Source of the DNA: an uncultured Christensenella sp.
GTDB lineage: Bacteria; Bacillota; Clostridia; Christensenellales; Borkfalkiaceae
NCBI GenBank assembly: GCA_910585785.1
Contig: CAJUEV010000008.1
Coordinates: 682 to 64,681 of the forward strand
Reading direction: 5' to 3'
Length of the DNA: 64,000 nt
The notes under the pieces were generated by a model. It was not told the origin of the DNA, ran no database searches, and was given only the letters and a program-made list of their open reading frames with translations. Shown piece by piece: positions 1-7,658 of the stretch (position 1 is the first letter of the stretch; the number at the start of each line of letters is the position of its first letter). The position numbers were made by a program, and so were the translations under genes.

Positions 1-49
1 GCTTGATAAGCGGGTGGTCGAAAATAAACACGTTTTTAAATTCTTTCAT

Positions 50-1531
50 TTACTTTTCCTCCTCCGTTACGCTTGCTTCAACAACGTCCGCTTCTGCGGG
101 CTGCTCGGCCAAAGCAACGCCGTCGGCAACTTCTTCCATAACAAGCTGCTCGTCGCCGCCCTTCTTTTTGCTTTTAATGTTTACAAGCAAGTTGGTCAAA
201 ATGCCGAGTATAAGCGCGGTTGCAATCGCCGTGACGGTTACTTTACCGAATTGCAACGCCATACCGCCCACGCCCGTTATAAGTATAACCGAAACGGTGA
301 AAAGATTTCTGTTGTCGCCAAGGTCGACTTTTTGCACCATTTTAAGTCCCGAAACGGCAATAAATCCGTAAAGCGCAACGCACACGCCGCCCATTACGCA
401 CTGAGGAATTGAAGAAAGGAAGGCAACGAAAGGTCCTATAAACGAACTTACAACCGCCATACAAGCCGTGACAAAAATTGTTATAACCGACGCGTTGCCC
501 GAAATTGCCACGCAGCCGACGGATTCGCCGTACGTTGTGTTGGGGCAGCCGCCGAAAACAGCGCCCACAACCGAACCTACTCCGTCGCCCAAAAGCGTTC
601 TGGTCAAACCGGGGTCTTTCAACAAGTCTGACTCTATAATAGAAGAAATATTTTTATGGTCCGCAAGATGTTCGGCAAAGGTAACAAACGCAACGGGTAT
701 GTACGCCACTGCGATTGTGCCGATATACGCGCCTATTGCAGACTTATCGCCGAAGTCGCCGCCAAAAAGTTTTATAAACGCGAAATCGGGATACCACTCT
801 ATATTTTTAATATTGAAATAATAACCGAAGTCGATAATTCTCATACTCTCGGCGCCGGGGATATAACTGAACGCGGTAAATATTGCCGCGACAACGTACC
901 CTGCGAGAATACCTATAACGAAGGGAATCATCTTCAACAATTTTTTGCCGTAAACCGAGCAAACAACCGTCGTTGCAAGGGTTACAATCCCGCAAACTAT
1001 GCAAAGTATGCCGTGCACGTCCATTACGTAAGCGCCGGTAACCGCGTCTTTTACGCCGCCGGCAAACTGCCCTATGGCGCTGCCCGCAAGCGAAAGCCCT
1101 ATAATTGCGACGGTAGGTCCTATAACCACGGCGGGCATAACTTTGTCAATCCACTTGACTCCCGCAAATTTTACGACAACCGCTATAATCACGTATATAA
1201 GTCCCGCAAACAACGCGCCGAGTATTATGCCCAGATAACCGAGAGTTGCAGTTGCCGCGCCCGCAAACGCCGCCGTCATACTGTTTAGAAAAGCGAACGA
1301 ACTGCCCAGAAACACGGGACTTCTGAACTTTGTAAACAACAGGTAGACAAGCGTGCCCACGCCCGCGCCGAACAACGCCGCCGAAATAGACATATTTGCT
1401 TCGGGGTTGTTAAGATTAACGACTATGGGTACCGTTATCGTCGCCGCAAGTATGGCAAGCAGCTGCTGCAATGCAAACAGAATAACCTGTCCCCATTTGG
1501 GTCTGTCTTTTACGCCGTAAATCAATTTCAT
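50..1531 (-). CDS. Uracil/xanthine permease (NCS2 nucleobase:cation symporter family)
   Basis: 493-aa ORF, hydrophobic throughout. N-terminus MKLIYGVKDRPKWGQVILFALQQLLAILAATITVP is typical of UraA/PyrP-type permeases. Acidic C-terminal tail. Confidence 0.85.
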   Translation of the reverse strand: MKLIYGVKDRPKWGQVILFALQQLLAILAATITVPIVVNLNNPEANMSISAALFGAGVGTLVYLLFTKFRSPVFLGSSFAFLNSMTAAFAGAATATLGYLGIILGALFAGLIYVIIAVVVKFAGVKWIDKVMPAVVIGPTVAIIGLSLAGSAIGQFAGGVKDAVTGAYVMDVHGILCIVCGIVTLATTVVCSVYGKKLLKMIPFVIGILAGYVVAAIFTAFSYIPGAESMRIIDFGYYFNIKNIEWYPDFAFIKLFGGDFGDKSAIGAYIGTIAVAYIPVAFVTFAEHLADHKNISSIIESDLLKDPGLTRTLLGDGVGSVVGAVFGGCPNTTYGESVGCVAISGNASVITIFVTACMAVVSSFIGPFVAFLSSIPQCVMGGVCVALYGFIAVSGLKMVQKVDLGDNRNLFTVSVILITGVGGMALQFGKVTVTAIATALILGILTNLLVNIKSKKKGGDEQLVMEEVADGVALAEQPAEADVVEASVTEEEK

Positions 1532-1757
1532 TGTAAAATTACCTCTTTCGTTTTATTTATAATACGGAATACTCCGCCTTAGCAAATTTAAAAAACCCAA
1601 ATTTTTTTTATTATATCACACAGTTTTCAAAAAAGCAATTAAGCCGAAATAATTTGCAAGAAAAAGATTTGCCCTGCCGCGCCTTTGCCGCAAATTTTGC
1701 ACTCCGTCCGCAAACCAACGTTTTACTGATATTTCAGCCCGTTTGTTTAAAAAATTT

Positions 1758-1774
1758 TGTCGAATTTTGTCGAA
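1758..1774 (+). promoter_or_regulatory. Two tandem Spo0A-box-like motifs (TGTCGAA x2, 10-bp register)
   Basis: TTTTGTCGAATTTTGTCGAATTTT, with TGTCGAA at 1758-1764 and 1768-1774. About 65 nt upstream of the Spo0A-like start codon, followed by TATAAC/TATACT -10-like hexamers. Confidence 0.55.
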
Positions 1775-1838
1775 TTTTATTGCTTTTTGTCATTATATAA
1801 CTTATACTTAACTAAATATCCGAGGGAGTTTTTTGATT

Positions 1839-2636
1839 ATGAACAAACGTATAGAATTAATCGTGCTTGAAGACGCGGCTGACGAAAGAAACGCGCTTAT
1901 CGAGCAAATAGACGCCAAAAACGAATATTTTCACCTTAATCTTGCAACGGGCAGTTCAACCGAAGCGTTTAACGAAGTTACAAGCCGCTGTCCCGACGCG
2001 GTTATAGTCGATTTGGAACTTCACGACGGCGAGGGCGACGGCTTCGAATTTTTACAGAACATCAAAAACGCGCACCTCCCTTGTCCGCCCTATTTGTTGG
2101 TTACAACCTGGAATATAAGCCAGCTGACATTCAATGCGGCGCGCGAACTCGGCGCGGATTACGTGCTTTCGAAAGCGCGCAGAGATTACACGCCGGAAGA
2201 ACCGTTGAAACTTCTTCTTTCAATCAAACACCTTTTCGCCAACAGAGTTCCCAAAGACACGTCGGCTTCCGCAGCCCGCGCAGAAGAAGAACATTAGGCG
2301 GAAAAAAGACTGATAAAGCGCATAACCAGCGAAATAACCAAAGTCGGCATAAATCCCAAATCAAAAGGCTATGCCTATCTCACCGACGCGATTGCGTACG
2401 TTGTGCTTGAAAACAAAAGCAAGGCGTGCGACTACGTTGCAAGAAAATGGGGCAAAGCGGAAAGCAGTGTTGAAAGAGCAATGCAAAACGCCATAAACCG
2501 CGCTTGGAATATGGCTGACACAAAAGAGTTGCTTGCAAACTATACTGCGATAATAAAATCGGACCGCGGCGTGCCCACTCTTACCGAATTTATATACTAT
2601 TACGCAATGAAAATAAGACCCGATTTCGACGCGTAA
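1839..2636 (+). pseudogene. Spo0A-like response regulator (receiver + Spo0A_C-type DNA-binding domain) interrupted by an in-frame TAG at 2295-2297
   Basis: RBS GAGGGAG lies 10 nt before ATG 1839. Receiver motifs: LIVLEDAADE, VIVDLELHDG, LLVTTW, VLSKA. After the TAG the same frame continues AEKRLIKRITSEITKVGINPKSKGYAYLTDAIAYV...SSVERAMQNAINRAW...PTLTEFIYY. This parallels the Spo0A C-terminal domain pattern (ITS.IHEIGVP.HIKGY.YLR.AI ... SRVERAIRHAIEVAW ... PTNSEFI). Confidence 0.65.
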
Positions 2637-2671
2637 TAAATTTAATCAAAATTTAAAAGTCCCCTTGCGGT

Positions 2672-2917
2672 TTAAACTTCCGCAGGGGGATTGTTTTGTT
2701 TTGAACGCCACAGCGAGCAGCCCTTTTCAAACGGAAACCCCACCGTTTTGCTTGTCACAACGCATCTTTTGCAATGCCCGCAGGCAATCGCCTTGTACCC
2801 GCCACCCTCGTTTACGTAGTATTGCAAAAAATACCCGCACGTTTTGCACGATTTTTCAATTTTTTCCATAACCCGACCCATATACGCGATTCGCGTTTTT
2901 GTTTTGAATTGTACCAC
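2672..2917 (-). CDS. Small Cys-rich (zinc-ribbon-like) hypothetical protein; start uncertain (2917, 2881 or 2869)
   Basis: ORF with CKTCGYF...CGHCKRC cysteine pairs. No clear RBS at any candidate start. The 5' end overlaps the operator-like repeats. Confidence 0.35.
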   Translation of the reverse strand: MVQFKTKTRIAYMGRVMEKIEKSCKTCGYFLQYYVNEGGGYKAIACGHCKRCVVTSKTVGFPFEKGCSLWRSKQNNPPAEV

Positions 2918-2947
2918 GCGTTTCGCGGACTGTCAACGCGTTTCGCG
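2884..2947. promoter_or_regulatory. Three copies of ACGCG(A/T)TTCGCG in the divergent control region upstream of the XRE array
   Basis: ACGCGATTCGCG at 2884-2895, ACGCGTTTCGCG at 2916-2927 and again at 2936-2947. The last two are exact copies 20 bp apart, with TGTCAAC between them. Confidence 0.5.
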
Positions 2948-2969
2948 TATTTGATGATAAAATCTTTTT

Positions 2970-3170
2970 ATGATTTTTAAAAGCAGATTAAAAGAAATAC
3001 GCATTGAAAAGGGGCTTACCCAAAAAGAAGTTGCCGCCGCGTTGGAAATTTCGGTAAGTTGTTACGGCGGATACGAGCAAGGTTACCGCGAACCCGATTT
3101 AAAAACCCTAATAAAAATATGTAAAATGTTTGAAATATCATCAGACTATATACTTGGGCTGGAAGATTGA
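2970..3170 (+). CDS. XRE-family HTH protein, tandem paralog 1 (66 aa)
   Basis: LKEIRIEKGLTQKEVAAALEISVSCYGGYEQG is a classic Cro/CI-type HTH. No obvious SD; a TAAAAT hexamer lies 6 nt upstream of the ATG. Confidence 0.8.
   Translation: MIFKSRLKEIRIEKGLTQKEVAAALEISVSCYGGYEQGYREPDLKTLIKICKMFEISSDYILGLED
2998..3106 (+). repeat. 109-bp exact direct repeat, copy A (inside XRE paralog 1)
   Basis: TACGCATTGAAAAGGGGCTTACCC...CCCGATTTAAAAAC is identical to 3435-3543 (offset 437 bp). Confidence 0.9.
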
Positions 3171-3200
3171 AAACAAAACTCTAATTTAAAAATATTAAAT

Positions 3201-3398
3201 ATGTACGGACAGAGATTAAAAGAAATACGTCAGGAAAAAGGGCTTACGCAAACAAAACTTGCACAAATGCTTTCCACCACCCAAAGCACCGTAGGAAAAT
3301 ACGAAAGAGAAGAAATTCAGCTTACCGTAGACGTTATTATAAAAATATGTAAAATGTTTGAAATATCCTCCGACTATTTGCTTGGTTTGGAAGACTGA
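3201..3398 (+). CDS. XRE-family HTH protein, tandem paralog 2 (65 aa)
   Basis: LKEIRQEKGLTQTKLAQMLSTTQSTVGKYERE HTH. The C-terminus KICKMFEISSDYLLGLED is identical to paralog 3. Confidence 0.8.
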   Translation: MYGQRLKEIRQEKGLTQTKLAQMLSTTQSTVGKYEREEIQLTVDVIIKICKMFEISSDYLLGLED

Positions 3399-3403
3399 AT
3401 TAT

Positions 3404-3607
3404 ATGAGCAAGTTTACAAGCAGATTGCGTGAATTACGCATTGAAAAGGGGCTTACCCAAAAAGAAGTTGCCGCCGCGTTGGAAATTTCGGTAAGTTGTT
3501 ACGGCGGATACGAGCAAGGTTACCGCGAACCCGATTTAAAAACACTAATAAAAATATGTAAGATGTTTGAAATATCCTCCGACTATTTACTTGGTTTGGA
3601 AGACTGA
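3404..3607 (+). CDS. XRE-family HTH protein, tandem paralog 3 (67 aa)
   Basis: Central region identical to paralog 1; C-terminus identical to paralog 2. Confidence 0.8.
   Translation: MSKFTSRLRELRIEKGLTQKEVAAALEISVSCYGGYEQGYREPDLKTLIKICKMFEISSDYLLGLED
3435..3543 (+). repeat. 109-bp exact direct repeat, copy B (inside XRE paralog 3)
   Basis: Identical to 2998-3106. First mismatch is at 3107/3544. Confidence 0.9.
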
Positions 3608-3645
3608 AAAGCGGAGAGCGATTGTTTTTGACAATCCTCTCCGCT
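3606..3645 (-). terminator. Intrinsic terminator downstream of mntP (also closes the XRE array)
   Basis: AGCGGAGAG (3610-3618) pairs with CTCTCCGCT (3637-3645), plus an inner stem GATTGT/ACAATC. On the minus strand it is followed by TTTTCAG. Confidence 0.6.
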
Positions 3646-3694
3646 ATATTAAAACGCAGCTTTCCGCAAAATTTACGGAAAGGCGAACGCCGGC

Positions 3695-4279
3695 TTAAAC
3701 CCCGCTTAAAAACATTTCCGCCGCCATTATTATAAAAATCACGCCGCCTGCAATTGACGCGCCTCCGACAAAAACATTGCCGAACTTGCGCCCGACAAAG
3801 TGCCCCGCGGCATACGCGGCAAAGGTTATCAGCGAAATAATAGCCGAGCCGATAAGCGCGGTCTGCCAACCGTAGCCCGCTATTGCCAACCCGACCGAAA
3901 GCGCGTCTACCGAAGTTGCCATTGCCTGAACAAGCAACGGCGCGCATTTGCTTTCTTTACTTACAATAAGCGGCTGGGGCTGTTTTTTAAGCCCTTCCGC
4001 AACCATCTTAATACCCAAAAACAGCAACACCGCCAGCGCGGCGACAGCCAGCAACTCCTCAATAACCGCAAACCTTTGCGCAACGGTTTTTACAAGCAGC
4101 CACCCAGCCAGCGGCGCAATAAACTGAAAAACGGCAAACAACGCCGCGTCCGCGCACAACTTACCGCGCTTTATCCGCGTGCCGCTCATTCCGTTTGAAA
4201 GTGAAATCAAAAACGCGTCAACCGCCAATCCCAGACCGAACAGGACGCTGCTCAACAAAAACGTTAAACCGCCAGCCAT
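3695..4279 (-). CDS. mntP: Manganese efflux pump MntP family
   Basis: Hydrophobic protein of about 194 aa. LGLAVDAFLISLSNGM and ATSVDALSVGLA are the duplicated MntP-type motifs. The start is set at MAGGLTF (ATG 4279), preceded by GGAGGAAGCG. Confidence 0.8.
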   Translation of the reverse strand: MAGGLTFLLSSVLFGLGLAVDAFLISLSNGMSGTRIKRGKLCADAALFAVFQFIAPLAGWLLVKTVAQRFAVIEELLAVAALAVLLFLGIKMVAEGLKKQPQPLIVSKESKCAPLLVQAMATSVDALSVGLAIAGYGWQTALIGSAIISLITFAAYAAGHFVGRKFGNVFVGGASIAGGVIFIIMAAEMFLSGV

Positions 4280-4656
4280 CGCTTCCTCCAAAGTAACTTT
4301 GACGGCGCAAGAAGGCGCGCCGCTTTTGCTTCGGCAAAAATAATTCAATCTGTGTATTATATGAAGTTTGCGGCAAAATAGGTTACACCAAATTTGCCCC
4401 TTTACGCTTAAAAATTGAAAAGTTTTATTTAAGTAATAAAAACTTCGGTTTTGAAAGGTACTATTTTCAACCAGCGAAAAACCTTTTATAAAAGCAATTT
4501 AAACGTTATCCCCCATAATATGCGCCGTTTTAGCGCATTTTTAAACAAATTTAATCACCCAACGCAAAACAAACGCGTAAAGACTTTTTCAATTACGCAA
4601 AAAACGCTTGTAATTTAATTGCCCGCGTGATATACTGCGATTAACGAGGTAAAACA

Positions 4657-5457
4657 ATGTCAAAAAAATTACTTACAATGCAGGATTTATCCTGCGTGGG
4701 ACAGTGCTCGCTTACGGTTGCCCTGCCCATATTATCCGCTTACGGGCTTGAAACCTGCGTTCTGCCGACGGCGGTGCTTTCCAACCACACTATGTTTGAA
4801 ACGTGGAGCTATCTTGATTTAACCAACGAACTGCCCAACATTTTCGACAAATGGAAGAAAAATAATTTTAAGTTTGACGCCTTCCTTCTGGGGTATCTCG
4901 GCAAAGCCGATTTAATGGAACTTGCCAAGCAGTGCTTCGCTCAATTTTCAAACGACGGCGCAAAAATAATTATCGACCCCGTCTTCGGCGACAACGGAAA
5001 ACTTTACGGCGGGTTCGACTTAAACTACGTTGCCGAAATGCGCAAATTGCTTAAATATGCCGATATAATTTTGCCCAACGTCACGGAAGCGTGCTTTTTG
5101 ACGGGAACGGAATACGTTGCCGATTATGACTTCAACCTTATTGTCACGCTTGAACGCGAACTTAAAAAAATTACCGACGCAAAAATTATTATTACGGGCG
5201 TTGAAATCGGCGGAAACATCGGCGAGGTTATCTCCGGCAACAAGAAAGGCGAAATTTTATGGCACGAACTGCTGCCCGTTAAAAAGCACGGCACGGGCGA
5301 CATTTTCGCTTCGGTATTCACGGCAAATTATTTGCGCGGGAAAAATTTGCGCGACTGCTGCAACGCGGCAGCGAAATTTGTTGCCGACTGCATTAAAAAA
5401 ACCGACGAGGCGCATTTTTACGGCGTCGATTTTGAAAAAGTGCTAAACTCAAAATAA
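4657..5457 (+). CDS. pdxK: Pyridoxamine/pyridoxal kinase (PdxK/PdxY ribokinase-like family)
   Basis: N-terminus LLTMQDLSCVGQCSLTVALPILSAYGLETCVLPTAVLSNHT and C-terminal GTGDIFASVF motif. RBS GAGG lies upstream. Confidence 0.8.
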   Translation: MSKKLLTMQDLSCVGQCSLTVALPILSAYGLETCVLPTAVLSNHTMFETWSYLDLTNELPNIFDKWKKNNFKFDAFLLGYLGKADLMELAKQCFAQFSNDGAKIIIDPVFGDNGKLYGGFDLNYVAEMRKLLKYADIILPNVTEACFLTGTEYVADYDFNLIVTLERELKKITDAKIIITGVEIGGNIGEVISGNKKGEILWHELLPVKKHGTGDIFASVFTANYLRGKNLRDCCNAAAKFVADCIKKTDEAHFYGVDFEKVLNSK

Positions 5458-5470
5458 ATTTATAAACTAA

Positions 5471-5506
5471 CCCCCTTGCCGCCTTTTCGGCAGGGGGATT
5501 TTTTTA
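5471..5506 (+). terminator. Intrinsic terminator after pdxK
   Basis: CCCCCTTGCCG...CGGCAGGGGG stem followed by ATTTTTTTATTTT. Confidence 0.75.
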
Positions 5507-5677
5507 TTTTTATATTGCATAAAGTATTTTTTTATGATAAAATATTGTTAAAGTATAAATTGAATTTATCAGTTAAACGCCTGAAAATTCAAGTCAACTA
5601 TTTGCAGGCGACGCTTCGGTTAAACGCGCGATAAAATTTTTGGACGTACTTTGTAAAAAAATTCAAGGAGAAACCAA

Positions 5678-6121
5678 ATGAAAATCAATATTTTTAACGG
5701 CACGGACGAAAACGGCGTCGATATGGAATGCGCAACTTTTGAAGAGGCAGAAAAACTTATAAAGGATTGCTCGAAAAAGCGTTATGCAAACATTTCGTTC
5801 AATCACAACAAATATCCCAACTTGCTGGTACAAATCAACGGCAAACTCGCTTGCTTGTGGTACGACGGAAAGGTGGGCGAATGCCTTGACGAGTTTGATT
5901 TGGGCGGCAAGGACCCCAAAGACGTGTTTTATTTCCCTTCGTGGGTTTCAAACGGCGATTACGACAAACCCGTCAGATTTTTGACAGGTTCGTTAAAGAA
6001 GACGGAGTCCACCGAAGCGGAACGCATTGTTACGTTAGAGCAGGCTATCGCGTGCATAGCCGAGTTTTATAAAACCCAAAGCCGCCCCGAAAACATAATA
6101 AACTGGGAACGCAGAAACTAA
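5678..6121 (+). CDS. Hypothetical 147-aa protein (possibly immunity-protein-like)
   Basis: RBS AAGGAG lies upstream. Sits in an AT-rich pocket and is bounded by terminators. No motif recognised with certainty. Confidence 0.6.
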   Translation: MKINIFNGTDENGVDMECATFEEAEKLIKDCSKKRYANISFNHNKYPNLLVQINGKLACLWYDGKVGECLDEFDLGGKDPKDVFYFPSWVSNGDYDKPVRFLTGSLKKTESTEAERIVTLEQAIACIAEFYKTQSRPENIINWERRN

Positions 6122-6132
6122 GTAAAAAAACA

Positions 6133-6168
6133 AAAACGCTCTTGAACAAATTGTTCAAGAGCGTTTTT
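6133..6168. terminator. Bidirectional terminator (perfect 18-bp palindrome)
   Basis: AAAAACGCTCTTGAACAA / TTGTTCAAGAGCGTTTTT, between convergent genes. Confidence 0.8.
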
Positions 6169-6205
6169 AGATGCTTTTCAAAATATAACATCGCCGCACA
6201 TAGCG

Positions 6206-7111
6206 TCAAAGCTCTTCCCCGCCGTGCTGCTTGTAGCCTTCGCCGTAAATTTCCTGCGCGGAGGTGACTATGGTAAACGCCTGCGGGTCGTTATCCTTGA
6301 TAATATCCCTGAGTTTTGGGAAAAGATAGTTTTTTACCGCGCATAAAATAATAGTCCGCTCATTGCCCGTGTAAGCGCCTTTACCGTCCATAATAGTCGC
6401 GCTTATGTCAAGTTCTTGCAAAATACCGCGGCAAATACTTTCGCTTTTGTCCGCAGTCGTCACTATGTAAACAAACTTTGCCGTGTTTCCGCCGTACAGC
6501 ACAAAATCGAAAGTCAACACAAAGACAATAAGCGAAACTATGGTGTAAAACGTGCGGTCTATATCTTTAAAAATTATAGCGGATACGCCGACTATGACAA
6601 CGTCGATTATAAGCGATATAACGCCCGTCTTTAAATATCTGAATTTTTTGCGCAAAATTTTTATTATTATGTCCGTTCCGCCTGTGGTGCTGCCCATTCT
6701 AAAAATAAGTCCAAGCCCAGCGCCGTACAAAACTCCGCCTACCGTTGCCGGAATCCACAAGTTTTGTATTTCGGGCATAAGCGGAAGCAAAAGCCAATTC
6801 CATAACTCAATAAGCCCCGAAGACAACACGGTGGAAAACAGCGTGGAAATTATAAATTTTTTGCCGAAAAATATTATGCCAAGTATAAACAACGGCACGT
6901 TTATTATCATAATTATCCAGCCGGAGCCTATTTTGCCCTTAGCAAGATAACTAATCATTATCGCGATGCCGGTTACTCCGCCGGCGGCAAACTCGTTGGC
7001 GTCCAAAAACAGCGCCACTCCAAGCGAGTAAATTATGCAACCGAAAGTTATAATCGAATAAATTTTAAGATATTTCAAAAAAGCCGCTTTTTTATTCATA
7101 ACACCATACAT
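6206..7111 (-). CDS. YitT family membrane protein (DUF2179 C-terminal domain)
   Basis: GGVTGIAIM and GSTTGGTDIIIKIL motifs, plus a soluble C-terminal DUF2179-like domain (FTIVTSAQEIYGEGY). Start could be 7111 or 7099. Confidence 0.8.
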   Translation of the reverse strand: MYGVMNKKAAFLKYLKIYSIITFGCIIYSLGVALFLDANEFAAGGVTGIAIMISYLAKGKIGSGWIIMIINVPLFILGIIFFGKKFIISTLFSTVLSSGLIELWNWLLLPLMPEIQNLWIPATVGGVLYGAGLGLIFRMGSTTGGTDIIIKILRKKFRYLKTGVISLIIDVVIVGVSAIIFKDIDRTFYTIVSLIVFVLTFDFVLYGGNTAKFVYIVTTADKSESICRGILQELDISATIMDGKGAYTGNERTIILCAVKNYLFPKLRDIIKDNDPQAFTIVTSAQEIYGEGYKQHGGEEL

Positions 7112-7449
7112 TATATATAAAAATATTCATTTGTCAACTTGCGCCGCGTGCGTTTTGGCTCAGCAAAATTATTTTTTTGCGAAAGGTTAATCGGCGCAAA
7201 ATAAGACAAAAAGCGCAAGCGCGACAGAGTGAAAAAACTTTATTTTTGAACCAAGGCAAAAGCGCGCGGAAAACTTTTAACGTTAAAAATAAAAAAAGCG
7301 TTTAAAAACGCTTGTAATTTTTTCGGCTGTTATATATAATAATTAAGCAAAAAACGTGTTTGCAAAAAAGTTGAGCGCAGGTTTCCGCCTTTTTCCGCGG
7401 ACTATGGCTTGACTTTGCAGGCGACAAATTTTGCAAATCAACTAAAAAT

Positions 7450-7524
7450 TGGGGTGTCGCCAAGCGGTAAGGCAACGGACTCTGACTCCGTCATTCGTTG
7501 GTTCAAATCCAGCTACCCCAGCCA
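7450..7524 (+). tRNA. tRNA-Gln (anticodon CTG)
   Basis: Cloverleaf folded by hand. Acceptor TGGGGTG/TACCCCA (U1-A72, as in bacterial tRNA-Gln). Anticodon stem ACGGA/TCCGT, loop CTCTGAC. T-arm GTTGG-TTCAAAT-CCAGC. Encoded CCA. Confidence 0.9.
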
Positions 7525-7528
7525 CAGA

Positions 7529-7584
7529 CACTATATATTGTAGGTTCTAAAAATAAGAACACAATATATAGTGTTTTGTTTTTT
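7529..7584 (+). terminator. Intrinsic terminator after tRNA-Gln (13-bp perfect stem)
   Basis: CACTATATATTGT (7529-7541) pairs with ACAATATATAGTG (7561-7573), followed by TTTTGTTTTTT. Confidence 0.8.
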
Positions 7585-7608
7585 AGCAAAAATGGCTGGA
7601 AACCCCGA

Positions 7609-7629
7609 TTTGGGAGTAAATTTGGGAGT
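7609..7629 (+). repeat. TTTGGGAGT x2 (candidate integrase arm-type sites, left end)
   Basis: TTTGGGAGT at 7609-7617 and 7621-7629. The same motif recurs at the right end of the island. Confidence 0.5.
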
Positions 7630-7658
7630 TTGCAGGGACTAATTGGGGACTAACCCCC

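Noticed and set aside
656-1288. Multiple 60-210-aa ORFs antisense to or overlapping long genes (for example 656-1288, 26640-27197, 47495-48055, 49346-49948, 56307-56819, 57715-58269).
   Set aside because: All are embedded in confidently assigned genes on the other strand or frame. Their composition is Arg/Ala/Ser-biased, as expected for off-frame GC-rich sequence, and they lack start signals.
2295-2297. Genetic-code reassignment or pyrrolysine as the explanation for the in-frame TAG.
   Set aside because: All other genes in the window read normally in the standard code and terminate conventionally. No pyl genes or PYLIS-like context are visible. A single site is better explained by a nonsense mutation, a sequencing error or leaky readthrough.
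4280-4656. Expected a yybP-ykoY Mn riboswitch in the leader of mntP (minus strand).
   Set aside because: The minus-strand leader has only AAAGGGGCAAA. It lacks the GGGGAGUAG core, the CGUCA-hairpin arm and a GAGAC closing segment. The likely -10 (TATAAT) leaves only a leader of about 75 nt. Without a covariance-model score I do not call it.
7312-7340. TTGTAA-17-TATAAT promoter-like element upstream of tRNA-Gln. The word AAACGCTTGTAAT also occurs near 4598 and 36218.
   Set aside because: It is a plausible promoter but lies about 100 nt from the tRNA 5' end. The recurring word is most simply the local -35 context of housekeeping promoters, not a distinct regulatory motif. It is not reported as a feature without TSS data.
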